IMG/VR virus record: IMGVR_UViG_3300026484_000284
Span: 1 to 64,000 of that record
Strand: one strand, 5' to 3'
DNA length: 64,000 bases
Origin: a virus
Taxonomy: Duplodnaviria > Heunggongvirae > Uroviricota > Caudoviricetes
The stretch's first letter is position 1, and every line of letters starts with the position of its first letter. Of this stretch, positions 1 through 9,058 are shown piece after piece. The notes below the pieces were generated by a model. That model had not been told where the DNA came from. It did no database searches and was given only the letters and a program-made list of their open reading frames with translations. The position numbers and the translations under genes were made by a program.

Positions 1-241
1 GAAAATTAAAAATGGCATTATAATTTTCGTGATTTCCCGGAACAATTATTAAAGTTATGTTTTTACCTTTTAGTTTTTCAACCCATTTATCAAGTGTAGG
101 GGCATTATCCTTCAATCTATCACTCCATATAGCACCAAAATCACCTAATTGAATTATTACAGAGTTTTCCTCAAAATCAAAATTTAAAACTTTTTCTAAA
201 TCAATATCCCCGTGGGTGTCGCCTACATAATATATATTCAT
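1..241 (-). CDS. calcineurin-like metallophosphoesterase (partial: N-terminal ~80 aa; gene continues past window start)
   Basis: Minus-strand translation from ATG 241..239 gives MNIYYVGDTHGD...QLGDFG...PGNHEN, matching phosphoesterase motifs I-III. The ATG forms an ATGA overlap with the stop of the upstream ORF. Confidence 0.55.
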   Translation of the reverse strand, partial: MNIYYVGDTHGDIDLEKVLNFDFEENSVIIQLGDFGAIWSDRLKDNAPTLDKWVEKLKGKNITLIIVPGNHENYNAIFNF

Positions 242-492
242 TTTATTTCCTTAAACTTTTCAACTAAAATTCGTAAATCTTCTTCATTCAAATATATTTC
301 ATCTAAAATAGTTAAACAGGTATAATCAAAAATAAAATAATCATCGCTATTGTCGTTTTCAACTGAATATAAAATAAAGGGTAAAGTAGTGTTACCCTTT
401 TCAATTTCGTAAGATATAGTAGTACGGTCTTGGAAAAAATGTTCTATTTCCTTAACCTCTTCTATTGTAGATATTGTAGATATAATTTTCAT
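238..492 (-). CDS. hypothetical protein (84 aa)
   Basis: Minus-strand ORF tiling with its neighbours. No recognisable motif. Confidence 0.35.
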   Translation of the reverse strand: MKIISTISTIEEVKEIEHFFQDRTTISYEIEKGNTTLPFILYSVENDNSDDYFIFDYTCLTILDEIYLNEEDLRILVEKFKEIK

Positions 493-599
493 GTGCTTCC
501 TTTTTTATAAATTATTTCAAGTGAAAAATCACTTGAAACTAAATCTTTTTATAATTATAACATTTATTTTTAAAAAAGTCAATAGTTTTAATCAAAATC

Positions 600-1040
600 T
601 TATTCAAAATCTTCAAATAAAACCCAATTTTTTGACACGAATGTGGAATTATATTTTTTATCGATATTTGGTCTTTTTACAAGGGTAAAATAAAATAAAT
701 TTTTATTTTTTAATTTTTTAATTTTTGATACCTCTTCCATTGTTTTTCCACTATCTACAATGTCATCAACCAATAACACATTTCCTTCTTCTAATTTGTT
801 AAGAATAAACTTAGGTTTTTCTGTATTACCATCTATTGTTTGGTACTCGATTATTGATAATGGGATATTTGCTTTATTGCTTAAAGCGACACCAAAAGGT
901 AACCCACCCCTATAAATCGAAACTATATTTTTTATTTTATTTTTCTTGATATATTCAATGCATTTATCAACTGCTATTCTAAATTCGGATGAAGTGAAAA
1001 TATCCATAGGTTTATTTTCTTCATTTATAATCGTTATCAT
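600..1040 (-). CDS. type I phosphoribosyltransferase (purine/xanthine-guanine PRTase-like)
   Basis: PRPP-binding loop VLLVDDIVDSGKTM. About 146 aa, the size of Gpt/Hpt-class enzymes. Confidence 0.6.
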   Translation of the reverse strand: MITIINEENKPMDIFTSSEFRIAVDKCIEYIKKNKIKNIVSIYRGGLPFGVALSNKANIPLSIIEYQTIDGNTEKPKFILNKLEEGNVLLVDDIVDSGKTMEEVSKIKKLKNKNLFYFTLVKRPNIDKKYNSTFVSKNWVLFEDFE

Positions 1041-1049
1041 TTGAATTCC

Positions 1050-1658
1050 TTAAACTTGCTGTTTTATTTTTGAATTTTTAAAAACATATTTCTTTTTTGA
1101 TAATAATTTATCCCACATTTTTGAGTCTTTCCATTCTCTTTTAATTTGCTCACTAAATTCAATGTCTTTAAGTTTAAAATCTATCAATTTTAAGTCTTCT
1201 TCAAATGCTTCAGCATAACCTGTATCCGTTTCGTGAATTCTAACACTCACAAGTCTAACATTTTTTTCTCCGTTATTGAATTTTGTTTTCTTTAACATTT
1301 TTTTAATGATTTTAAAAAACAAAATTGCTTGTGCTTCGGCACTTGAACTCATCGGCAAAATAACATATCTATCTGACGACTTTTTAGCAATTTCAACTAA
1401 ATCTTTATCCTTGTCCCATACAGTTAAAGCGTGGTCGAATGAATCTATAATATCTTTGATATTTCCTTTCATTAAACCAAAATCCATAATCATCATTCCA
1501 TTATCAAGTTTATCTGCTGTAAAAAACAATTCCACCAAAAATCCGTGTCCGTGAATACTATGAGAACATCGCTCAGAACTACAATTTCTAACGATGTGTG
1601 CATTTTCATATTTAAACAACTTTCTTATAATCATTTTTATCTCCTTATCAATTTTCAT
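1050..1658 (-). CDS. queD: 6-carboxy-5,6,7,8-tetrahydropterin synthase (QueD/PTPS family)
   Basis: CSHSIHGHGF zinc/His motif typical of the QueD/PTPS T-fold. Co-located with folE, queE and queC. Confidence 0.7.
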   Translation of the reverse strand: MKIDKEIKMIIRKLFKYENAHIVRNCSSERCSHSIHGHGFLVELFFTADKLDNGMMIMDFGLMKGNIKDIIDSFDHALTVWDKDKDLVEIAKKSSDRYVILPMSSSAEAQAILFFKIIKKMLKKTKFNNGEKNVRLVSVRIHETDTGYAEAFEEDLKLIDFKLKDIEFSEQIKREWKDSKMWDKLLSKKKYVFKNSKIKQQV

Positions 1659-1664
1659 GTGATA

Positions 1665-1688
1665 TTTTTTGGCCCGAAGGCCAAAAAA
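1665..1688. terminator. GC-rich hairpin flanked by A/T runs (bidirectional rho-independent terminator candidate)
   Basis: TTTTTTGGCCCGAAGGCCAAAAAA lying between the HU and QueD genes. Confidence 0.55.
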
Positions 1689-1701
1689 TTATTTTTCTGA
1701 A

Positions 1702-2004
1702 TTATTTTTCTAATGTTTCTTTTAATGATTTACCAATCACAAATTTAATTCTTTTTCCTGGTGCTGTTTCATAAGGAATTTTTGTTCCATCAGGTCTTGT
1801 AACCTCACCCTTTCTTCCTGCTTTTTCAGCAATTTTTAATTTACCGATTCCAGGTAAAACAACTTCTTCATTTTCAACTAAACTTTCTGCGATTGTACCA
1901 AAAATTTCTTCAACGATTTCACCTGCTTTAATGTTTGAAACTTTTGTGTCTAATTTACTTGCTACTACTTCTTTCACTTTTGCTACTAATTCTGTCTTTG
2001 TCAT
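1702..2004 (-). CDS. HU/IHF-family DNA-binding protein
   Basis: 100 aa. Has the HU arm motif ...GRKGEVTRPDGTKIPYETAPGKRIKFVIGK and the N-terminal MTKTELV typical of HU. Confidence 0.7.
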   Translation of the reverse strand: MTKTELVAKVKEVVASKLDTKVSNIKAGEIVEEIFGTIAESLVENEEVVLPGIGKLKIAEKAGRKGEVTRPDGTKIPYETAPGKRIKFVIGKSLKETLEK

Positions 2005-2160
2005 AATTCTTTCCTTTATGTTTTTTTGTTATGAAATTATACAATAATTCCAATTTTTAATTAACTTTTTTATGTTAAAATTTCGTTATTTTCAAACTTT
2101 TTCATTTGAAATTTTAACCTTTTATTTATTTAATTTTCAAGTGGTAAAAAATGCAAGATA

Positions 2161-2961
2161 TCATTGATTTCTTGCATTTTCAAGGTATTTTTTCTTTTTA
2201 AATTTACCACCATAATATTCTGATGTGAATCCATCACTCTCACTTAAAGCACCTCTTAAAAATTCGCAACTATGCTTCATATTTTCAATTCTTACATATA
2301 CATTTTTTGTTTCTGCTGCTTTTGAAATTTCATCATAAATTGCTTTCGTTAAATCTTCTTGTAACCATCCTCTTTGTGCGATATTTCTAACTACTCTTTG
2401 GAGTTTTGATATACCTAAAACATATTCATCTGGTATATATCCTATAACCACTTTTGAATTTTCACTAAATTTTGTACTAAATGGTGCCAAATGATGACTA
2501 CAAACTGCCGTCAAATCAACTTTTTTGAAAATTGGTATATCACTTTTTGCTCCATCAGGAAATTTTGCTAATCTTACAGGAACTGCAAATCTACCACTTA
2601 AAAGTTCTCTATCATCGTGTAAATCAGCACCACACCACATCTTTGCCAATCTTCCAGGTGTTCCGATATTTCCTTCATCTCTATCTTCTTTAACATTTGG
2701 GTCGTTCAAATCTATTTTCATACCTTTAAACACCATTTCCATATTAAATTGAGTTATTAACCTTGTTACAATATGTAAATCTCTATAATAATGGGGATTT
2801 TTATCAAAAACATTTTCATTTATCTTGAAATCTTTTAATTCTGAATGGTCTTTCAATAACATTTCAATATATCCATCGTTAAAACAGGTTCTTTCTTTTA
2901 TATATTCTTTAATTACTTCGTTATAAATTTCATCAAATTTTTCTTTTAATTCATAATTCAT
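2161..2961 (-). CDS. folE: GTP cyclohydrolase I (FolE) with ~80 aa N-terminal extension
   Basis: VCSHHLAPF (compare the CEHHLVPF active site) and GISKLQRVV (compare GLSKLARIV). Confidence 0.7.
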   Translation of the reverse strand: MNYELKEKFDEIYNEVIKEYIKERTCFNDGYIEMLLKDHSELKDFKINENVFDKNPHYYRDLHIVTRLITQFNMEMVFKGMKIDLNDPNVKEDRDEGNIGTPGRLAKMWCGADLHDDRELLSGRFAVPVRLAKFPDGAKSDIPIFKKVDLTAVCSHHLAPFSTKFSENSKVVIGYIPDEYVLGISKLQRVVRNIAQRGWLQEDLTKAIYDEISKAAETKNVYVRIENMKHSCEFLRGALSESDGFTSEYYGGKFKKKKYLENARNQ

Positions 2962-3320
2962 TTGTTTTCCTTTTCTATTTTTAATTTATGTTTAAACACT
3001 AATTTATAATCTGTTAAAAGTGTTTTTATGTGTCTAACTTTATAAACATTATTATTTTCCTTGATATATTCATCTTTTATATCTAAATTTACAAATATTA
3101 TTAGGCATATAAAAATAAATACTATATAAAAATCTTCGTTATCATCAAAATTGTTAAAAAATAAAGTAAAAGCACTAATATATAATAAGATATTGGCAAA
3201 TAAATAAAATCCTAAAATCATATGATTTACCACAAAAAGTGGGATGTAAAGTGTCATTATTAAAGAAAATATCAATAATACTCCACCTAAAATCAATGAA
3301 TGATTTTTTATAAAATTCAT
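2958..3320 (-). CDS. small hydrophobic membrane protein
   Basis: 120 aa with three predicted TM stretches. Sits in an operon between queE and folE. Confidence 0.35.
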   Translation of the reverse strand: MNFIKNHSLILGGVLLIFSLIMTLYIPLFVVNHMILGFYLFANILLYISAFTLFFNNFDDNEDFYIVFIFICLIIFVNLDIKDEYIKENNNVYKVRHIKTLLTDYKLVFKHKLKIEKENK

Positions 3321-4082
3321 TTAAACTCCTTGTAAATCATCAAAAACTCTAATATGTATTCTATCACTATAAAAAAACCCCATTTTCATCGCATATTCAA
3401 ACACAAATTTTGAATTTTCGTTTAACTCTTGTATTGTACTACCTTGGGGCATAACATAAACTTGCCCATAATATGGAGTTGCATTTAAAAATTCCACAAC
3501 TTCATTAATGCTTTCGGGAGTAATAACAAACTTAAAAAATGATTTTTTTGTATTTTTTAATAAATTGTTACAAATGTTAGGTTTAAATGTTTTACTTTTA
3601 TCTTCACCTGAATTTGATAATTTAGGACTAATCGCGAAATTGACTTCATTATAAATCGGATATTCTTTAAAATCTATATCTATTGTCCCATTCGTTTCAA
3701 ACCAAACTTCATATCCTCTCGATACATAATAATCAAGTGTATCTAACATAATTTGAGAAGTGGCATATAATAATGGTTCCCCACCTGTAAAAACAATCAA
3801 AGGTTTCATATAAGGCGAATCTTTTGGCATTTCAACATCAATCACATTAACCATTTCTTGAAATGTTTCAATATAATCCCATTCTTGCCTAAAATGTTTA
3901 GAATTGACAGCAAAATGACTATCACATCCGACTAATTCTTCACCTGTTAAAGGACTTTTAAATTTACAACCAAACCCAGAACAAGTTAAATTACAACCTC
4001 CTAATCTTATAAAAATTGAAGGTTTACCTGTTTCACTTCCTTCTCCTTGAAGTGAATAAAATTTCTCAACTATTGGAATCAT
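3321..4082 (-). CDS. queE: 7-carboxy-7-deazaguanine synthase (QueE, radical SAM)
   Basis: N-terminal signature FYSLQGEGSETGKPSIFIRLGGCNLTCSGFGC (compare QueE FxSIQGEG...FIRxxGCNLxC). Confidence 0.7.
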   Translation of the reverse strand: MIPIVEKFYSLQGEGSETGKPSIFIRLGGCNLTCSGFGCKFKSPLTGEELVGCDSHFAVNSKHFRQEWDYIETFQEMVNVIDVEMPKDSPYMKPLIVFTGGEPLLYATSQIMLDTLDYYVSRGYEVWFETNGTIDIDFKEYPIYNEVNFAISPKLSNSGEDKSKTFKPNICNNLLKNTKKSFFKFVITPESINEVVEFLNATPYYGQVYVMPQGSTIQELNENSKFVFEYAMKMGFFYSDRIHIRVFDDLQGV

Positions 4083-5017
4083 TTTGTCTCCCTTTTATAA
4101 TTAAATGCTTTATCATCTAATAAACTTTTATATGGTAACTTATTCATAATTAAAGAATGATATTTAACTTTATTATCCTTTAACCATTTTTCAGTTACAT
4201 TTCTATCGCTTTCAAATCTGCTTGTATATAATACAATATAATTATCTTTATATCTTTTTTCTATTTCATTTGATATTTCTTCATTTAAAGTTCTTTTTGA
4301 ATAATCGTGTCCATCTGTTTCAATGGTTAAAACTCCATCAATATCATATGCTAATATATCTTTTTTCTTTTCTACTGCTCTAAATGTTCTTGCCTGTCTT
4401 TCAGCATCATAAGTGTGTATTTTTTCTAAATAAATTTTTATCATTTTTTCTGAAATATCTGCTTTTAATCCATTTGTCACAAATGAAACATATCTTCTAA
4501 AACACGCTGGACAATCATTACAATGCTCAGGCCCATCTGAATAACAACTCACACAAGAATATAAAATGTTTTTGTCATTTTCATTTATGAAGTCGGCAAC
4601 AATTTCGCCTTTTGTTTTATCCCAAAATGGAGAAACAATTTTAATTTCTTTTCTACTAAATTTCGAAATAATATCACTCATTTCTTTATATGCTGTAGGA
4701 TTTGAATCTTCTACCATATCATCTTTAACACCACCCATAACAATTTCATCTGGATTGTATTTACTTGCTACTATTGATGCTAATGTTAAATTTCTATTTG
4801 GTACAAATGAATCATCACTAAAAAATTCCCCAACTTTTAAAATATCAAATTTTTCAAAAAGTTCTTTAACTGCTTTCAATTCTTTTTCTTTATATGATTG
4901 TCCATAATCTATAAAAACTAATTTATTATTTTTATAAAAATTTTCTTTATCAATTTTTTTATAATGATAAACTGCACATGTACTATCAATTCCACCGCTT
5001 ACTAAAATAACTCTCAT
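4079..5017 (-). CDS. queC: 7-cyano-7-deazaguanine synthase (QueC) fused to a C-terminal HAD-like domain
   Basis: PP-loop VSGGIDS plus a Zn cluster C..C..C..C (SCVSCYSDGPEHCNDCPAC). The C-terminal ~100 aa carry HAD motifs I (AYDIDGVLT), II (LYTSR) and IV (LLDDKA). Confidence 0.75.
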   Translation of the reverse strand: MRVILVSGGIDSTCAVYHYKKIDKENFYKNNKLVFIDYGQSYKEKELKAVKELFEKFDILKVGEFFSDDSFVPNRNLTLASIVASKYNPDEIVMGGVKDDMVEDSNPTAYKEMSDIISKFSRKEIKIVSPFWDKTKGEIVADFINENDKNILYSCVSCYSDGPEHCNDCPACFRRYVSFVTNGLKADISEKMIKIYLEKIHTYDAERQARTFRAVEKKKDILAYDIDGVLTIETDGHDYSKRTLNEEISNEIEKRYKDNYIVLYTSRFESDRNVTEKWLKDNKVKYHSLIMNKLPYKSLLDDKAFNYKRETK

Positions 5018-5068
5018 TTGTACTCCTTATTTTTCATAATTATACTAAAAGGAAGGAAAATAATTAAC

Positions 5069-6094
5069 TTATTCTCCTAAATCTTCGTATAATTTATTGT
5101 GGATATAAGTTCCAGAATTACCACTTGTTACAATTTCTTCTGTATTATAATGAGTGTTCCAACTACAACCTGGGCATTTTTTAGTGCTTTGTTCTTTTCT
5201 CCATTCAAAAAATTCAATCCACTTTTCTTCTGTATCCATTTCATCTAAAGGATATTTATATTCAAGTTGGCAGTCATCACAAAAATAAACTTGTAACATA
5301 GGCCCAACAGTTAAAAATCCAAGTGCTGTCATTTGATTACAATGCCATAAATCCCTAACTTTACCTTTAACTTTTACATAACCATCTCTAATATCTTCAA
5401 GTAATTTTATTGAAGCGTGAATTTTTTTGCCTTCTTTTTTCCATTCAATAAGTGTATTTATAAAATTTACCACTTTATCTACATCTGCCGAATAGTCATC
5501 ACCTATACATTTTGATAATGGATAACCTGTTTTTTCATCTACACCAGAATAACCAGGATGGACTAAATCAAACATCAACCAATAACCTTTATCCAAAACT
5601 TGTTTCACACCTTCGATTAAATAATCTTCGTTTTCTTTCATAACAGTTACAATACAGGCCTTGTCATCAATCTCTGGGAATTCTTCTAAAAGTTTCACTC
5701 CATTTTGTGTTTTTATGTTTCTATCATCGTCTAAATTTTTAACATCAAAACTAACACTTAAACTATTAAGTCCTGCTTCTTCAAGTTTTTTAATTTTATT
5801 AGGTTGATTTAAAGCAGTGATAATCGTTTGTTCTAAACCTAATTCTCTTTGTAGTTTTATGACTTCGTCCAACCCTTTCATTCTTGTTAAAGGTTCTGCA
5901 CCATAAATTGCGATGAATTTAACACCTATATTTTTTAAATTTTCAAAACCCTTTCTCCATCTCTCTTTGATTTCTTCATTCCATTGCTCTTCTTTACTTC
6001 TTTCGTTTTGAACCATACCACAAAAAGAACAACTAAATGGACATTTTTTCGTCCATAATAATTCTACTTTGATTGCTCTTGCTCTTAAATCCAA
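5069..6094 (-). CDS. radical SAM protein with Cys-rich C-terminal (SPASM/twitch-like) region, function unknown
   Basis: CPFSCSFCG (Cx3Cx2C) near the N-terminus. Additional C-terminal cysteines (CNQ...CDDCQ...CPGCSW). Confidence 0.55.
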   Translation of the reverse strand: MDLRARAIKVELLWTKKCPFSCSFCGMVQNERSKEEQWNEEIKERWRKGFENLKNIGVKFIAIYGAEPLTRMKGLDEVIKLQRELGLEQTIITALNQPNKIKKLEEAGLNSLSVSFDVKNLDDDRNIKTQNGVKLLEEFPEIDDKACIVTVMKENEDYLIEGVKQVLDKGYWLMFDLVHPGYSGVDEKTGYPLSKCIGDDYSADVDKVVNFINTLIEWKKEGKKIHASIKLLEDIRDGYVKVKGKVRDLWHCNQMTALGFLTVGPMLQVYFCDDCQLEYKYPLDEMDTEEKWIEFFEWRKEQSTKKCPGCSWNTHYNTEEIVTSGNSGTYIHNKLYEDLGE

Positions 6095-6115
6095 TTTATT
6101 CTCCTTAAATATAAC

Positions 6116-7450
6116 TTAAAATAAACATTGCTTTTGTTTAGTCAGGTGGTCTTCTGAAGGAATTCTCGTATAAACCATTTCAACTAATTCCTTTCCAAAA
6201 TGTTTTAAAAAATAATCAAAATCTTCATATGTTTTTGCATCTTTAAGGAAACTTAAAAATTTTAACTTTTTAAAACTTGTCAAATATTCTATCTCTCTTC
6301 CCGTTGTAACTATATTCCCCAAATCATTACCAAAATTATAAACAGATCCCATATATCTTAAAAAGTCAATAAAAATATAATTTTCTAAATCTTTTTTATC
6401 ATAAGTTTCTAAAAATTTCGTTTTTGTTAAACCTTCATTTATTTTTATCCATTTGTATAAATCATCTTTATCTTTATACCCTAATGATTGAATATCTATA
6501 TCTAATTCTTTTAACATTTTCATTATATCTTCTGCTATAAAATGATGAAAAATCGACTCTTCTTTTATATTATGATGTGCTAATTTCGGAAGTGAAATCT
6601 TTTTAACAGGTGTAGTAAAAATATCACCTGAACCATAATAAACACCATTTGTGGCAAGTCTTGTATGAGTTGAACTATCAAAACTAACGATTGTTCCGGG
6701 AATTAACTTTTCTAAAATAAATTTTTGAATTATGACCCTGTTTAAAGCACCTGCTCCAAGGATATGTACTCTTTTTTTAATTCTTTCTGGTAAATCTAAT
6801 TTTGCGACTGCTAATGCTCTATTTATATCAAATTTTAATCCGATACCTGAACTTGACCCTGCTGGTGCTAATCCTTCAATTTTATCCAAATACTCTTTAG
6901 GTAAAACATCCATTATTCCACCAAAAAATTCTTCAAAATCTTTAACTTCTTGTCCTTGAATAATCATAAAAACTTTTGTTTTCGCATTCATTTCAGCGAA
7001 TTTTTCAATTTGTTCTTTAATATATCCACCTGTGACTTGCCCACTTTCTTTAATTTTATCCACTATCAAAAATCTTTTTTGATTATTAATAATTCTACCA
7101 ACCGAACTTTGAGAAATAACGGGAATTTTATCAAAACAAAAAGCATAATCTGCTTCGCTTTGAGTTTCGTAAATTTTCTGTCTAACTTCATCCGTTATCT
7201 CTGCACCCCTTGTAATAACTTGTAATCCACCACTATCTGAATATAATGAATTGTGATAATTTTTAAATATCTCTGGGAATTTAGGTTCGGCAAAGGCATT
7301 ATATAAAAGTGAATGTTTAATATATTTGTGATTTTCATTAAATCCATCTAAAAGTATATTCATTCTTTTAATGTAACTATCTGACTTCGACACATCTACA
7401 TCCACAATCCTTGTGAAACTCATTCCAGAACCTACATAATCAAATAACAT
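6116..7450 (-). CDS. dpdA: tRNA-guanine-transglycosylase-family protein (DpdA-like DNA 7-deazaguanine transglycosylase)
   Basis: LYSDSGGLQVI matches the TGT-family DSGGFQ catalytic motif. Sits at the head of the que gene set. Confidence 0.55.
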   Translation of the reverse strand: MLFDYVGSGMSFTRIVDVDVSKSDSYIKRMNILLDGFNENHKYIKHSLLYNAFAEPKFPEIFKNYHNSLYSDSGGLQVITRGAEITDEVRQKIYETQSEADYAFCFDKIPVISQSSVGRIINNQKRFLIVDKIKESGQVTGGYIKEQIEKFAEMNAKTKVFMIIQGQEVKDFEEFFGGIMDVLPKEYLDKIEGLAPAGSSSGIGLKFDINRALAVAKLDLPERIKKRVHILGAGALNRVIIQKFILEKLIPGTIVSFDSSTHTRLATNGVYYGSGDIFTTPVKKISLPKLAHHNIKEESIFHHFIAEDIMKMLKELDIDIQSLGYKDKDDLYKWIKINEGLTKTKFLETYDKKDLENYIFIDFLRYMGSVYNFGNDLGNIVTTGREIEYLTSFKKLKFLSFLKDAKTYEDFDYFLKHFGKELVEMVYTRIPSEDHLTKQKQCLF

Positions 7451-7471
7451 TATTACTCCTTGGAAGAAAAA

Positions 7472-8116
7472 TTATTTCTTCGCTTTTTTATTTTTTTGTT
7501 TTCTAAATTGACTTGTTTCTTTATTGCTTTCATTTTTTTCATTCTTTTCATTCTCATTGCTTTCATCAGAAACAAATTTTCCATATTCTGGATCTGTCGA
7601 TTTTACAAATGTACCATTTGGAAGTAAAACACCTTTTCTTGGTCTAATATCTGTCAATGCTTGTACCAAACACTCTTTTAATGATAATTTATGAACCACT
7701 GCTAAGATATTTAGATAATCAATCATCGCAAGTGCTAATTGCTCAACCATTTCAATGTTACCTTTTATTAAACTATCACTAAAATCTCCTTTGACAATCG
7801 CATATTTTAGTGCAAGGTTTTTAGTAGTGTCAGTATAAATTTGCTTAGGTTTAATCTCTATTTCAACACCCAAAATAGACATAACCATAATAATTACAAC
7901 TAAATTATCTCCTATTCCATCTTTTATTTCATCAATATCTCCATCTATAATACCCTGAAAAATTTCACCCATTTCACTATCAAGTTTTAATGCCTGTATA
8001 GTATCTTTACCATTTTCAATGATTTTATTCATTTTACCCCATTCAACAATAAGGTCCTTTAATTCATTTTCGTTTTTTGTAGTTAAATTAACTTCTTGTA
8101 ATTCTTCATAAGTCAT
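7472..8116 (-). CDS. MazG-like all-alpha NTP pyrophosphohydrolase (tentative)
   Basis: Acidic helix pairs EIFQGIIDGD...IKDGIGDNLVVIIMV resembling MazG EExxE / ELGD motifs. Weak call. Confidence 0.3.
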   Translation of the reverse strand: MTYEELQEVNLTTKNENELKDLIVEWGKMNKIIENGKDTIQALKLDSEMGEIFQGIIDGDIDEIKDGIGDNLVVIIMVMSILGVEIEIKPKQIYTDTTKNLALKYAIVKGDFSDSLIKGNIEMVEQLALAMIDYLNILAVVHKLSLKECLVQALTDIRPRKGVLLPNGTFVKSTDPEYGKFVSDESNENEKNEKNESNKETSQFRKQKNKKAKK

Positions 8117-8173
8117 TCAATGCTCCTTGTTTTTTATTTATAATTATACTATTTTTAAAGAAAAAATTAACTC

Positions 8174-8752
8174 TTAATCAATTTTTTCAATGGTATTTTC
8201 TTTTATTTTAACTAAAAATTTATAAGACAAACATCCTTTTTCTGCAAATTCATCTAAAACATTTAAGTTTTCAAGATTATCATCATAAAATTCAATCAAA
8301 TTAAAATCGTTATTATTGATAAGTCTTGAAATTATCAACTTCTTTTTTTCGGCAGTTGATATATTATCTTCCAATTCCCCACTTCTTATAATGTGAATTT
8401 GGTTGTTTTTAAAGTGCCCAACATTCATTCCAAAACCTCTAAAAAAGTTAAGGAATTTTTCCTTGTCATCCATATTGTTTCTTGCTGTTAAAATAACAAT
8501 TTGAGTATTTTTAACATTTTGTAACTTATTAACAATATCTATCATTTTTAAATTTGGGATTGAGGTTTCTACAAATAAATCTGTATCTTTGAATTGCTCA
8601 AAATCAAACTCTTCTCCTGAATTCAATTTATACTCATTGAATTCGGAATTTGTCAATTCTTTAACAATTTTACCATTTTTCTTAACATAAATTTTTGCTT
8701 TTGTTACGAATAAAGTTTCGTCAATATCTACAACTACTAATCTTTTTATCAT
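8174..8752 (-). CDS. HAD-superfamily phosphatase (Pnkp-phosphatase-like)
   Basis: Motif I VVVDIDETL (DxDxT), motif II ILTAR, motif IV YDDN. Adjacent to RNA ligase 2. Confidence 0.5.
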   Translation of the reverse strand: MIKRLVVVDIDETLFVTKAKIYVKKNGKIVKELTNSEFNEYKLNSGEEFDFEQFKDTDLFVETSIPNLKMIDIVNKLQNVKNTQIVILTARNNMDDKEKFLNFFRGFGMNVGHFKNNQIHIIRSGELEDNISTAEKKKLIISRLINNNDFNLIEFYDDNLENLNVLDEFAEKGCLSYKFLVKIKENTIEKID

Positions 8753-8778
8753 GTGATTCCTTTATGTTTTATTTATAT

Positions 8779-8807
8779 AATTATAACAAAAAAGAAATAA
8801 AAAGTCA
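8779..8807 (-). promoter_or_regulatory. consensus sigma70-type promoter upstream of HAD phosphatase gene
   Basis: Plus strand reads TATAATTATAACAAAAAAGAAATAAAAAGTCAAGT. Minus strand reads ACTTGACT-N17-TATAAT. Confidence 0.5.
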
Positions 8808-8812
8808 AGTAT

Positions 8813-9058
8813 TTACTTGACAATATATTTCATTCCTTTTATCAATAAATTAAAAAATTCAATAATACCATAAGCAAATAATAAAACTAACAAAATAGGA
8901 AATAATATCGCGAATGATAAAATCAAAATAATAAAATAAATTATAGTATATATATTAAAATACACAAATTCTACAACTTCTTCAAGTGTTTGAATGCCAC
9001 CAATCATAAATGAATAAGTACCGAGCGAAACAAAAAAATATAAAAGTATATATATCAT
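8813..9058 (-). CDS. small membrane protein (81 aa)
   Basis: Highly hydrophobic. Tiles between its neighbours. Confidence 0.3.
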   Translation of the reverse strand: MIYILLYFFVSLGTYSFMIGGIQTLEEVVEFVYFNIYTIIYFIILILSFAILFPILLVLLFAYGIIEFFNLLIKGMKYIVK

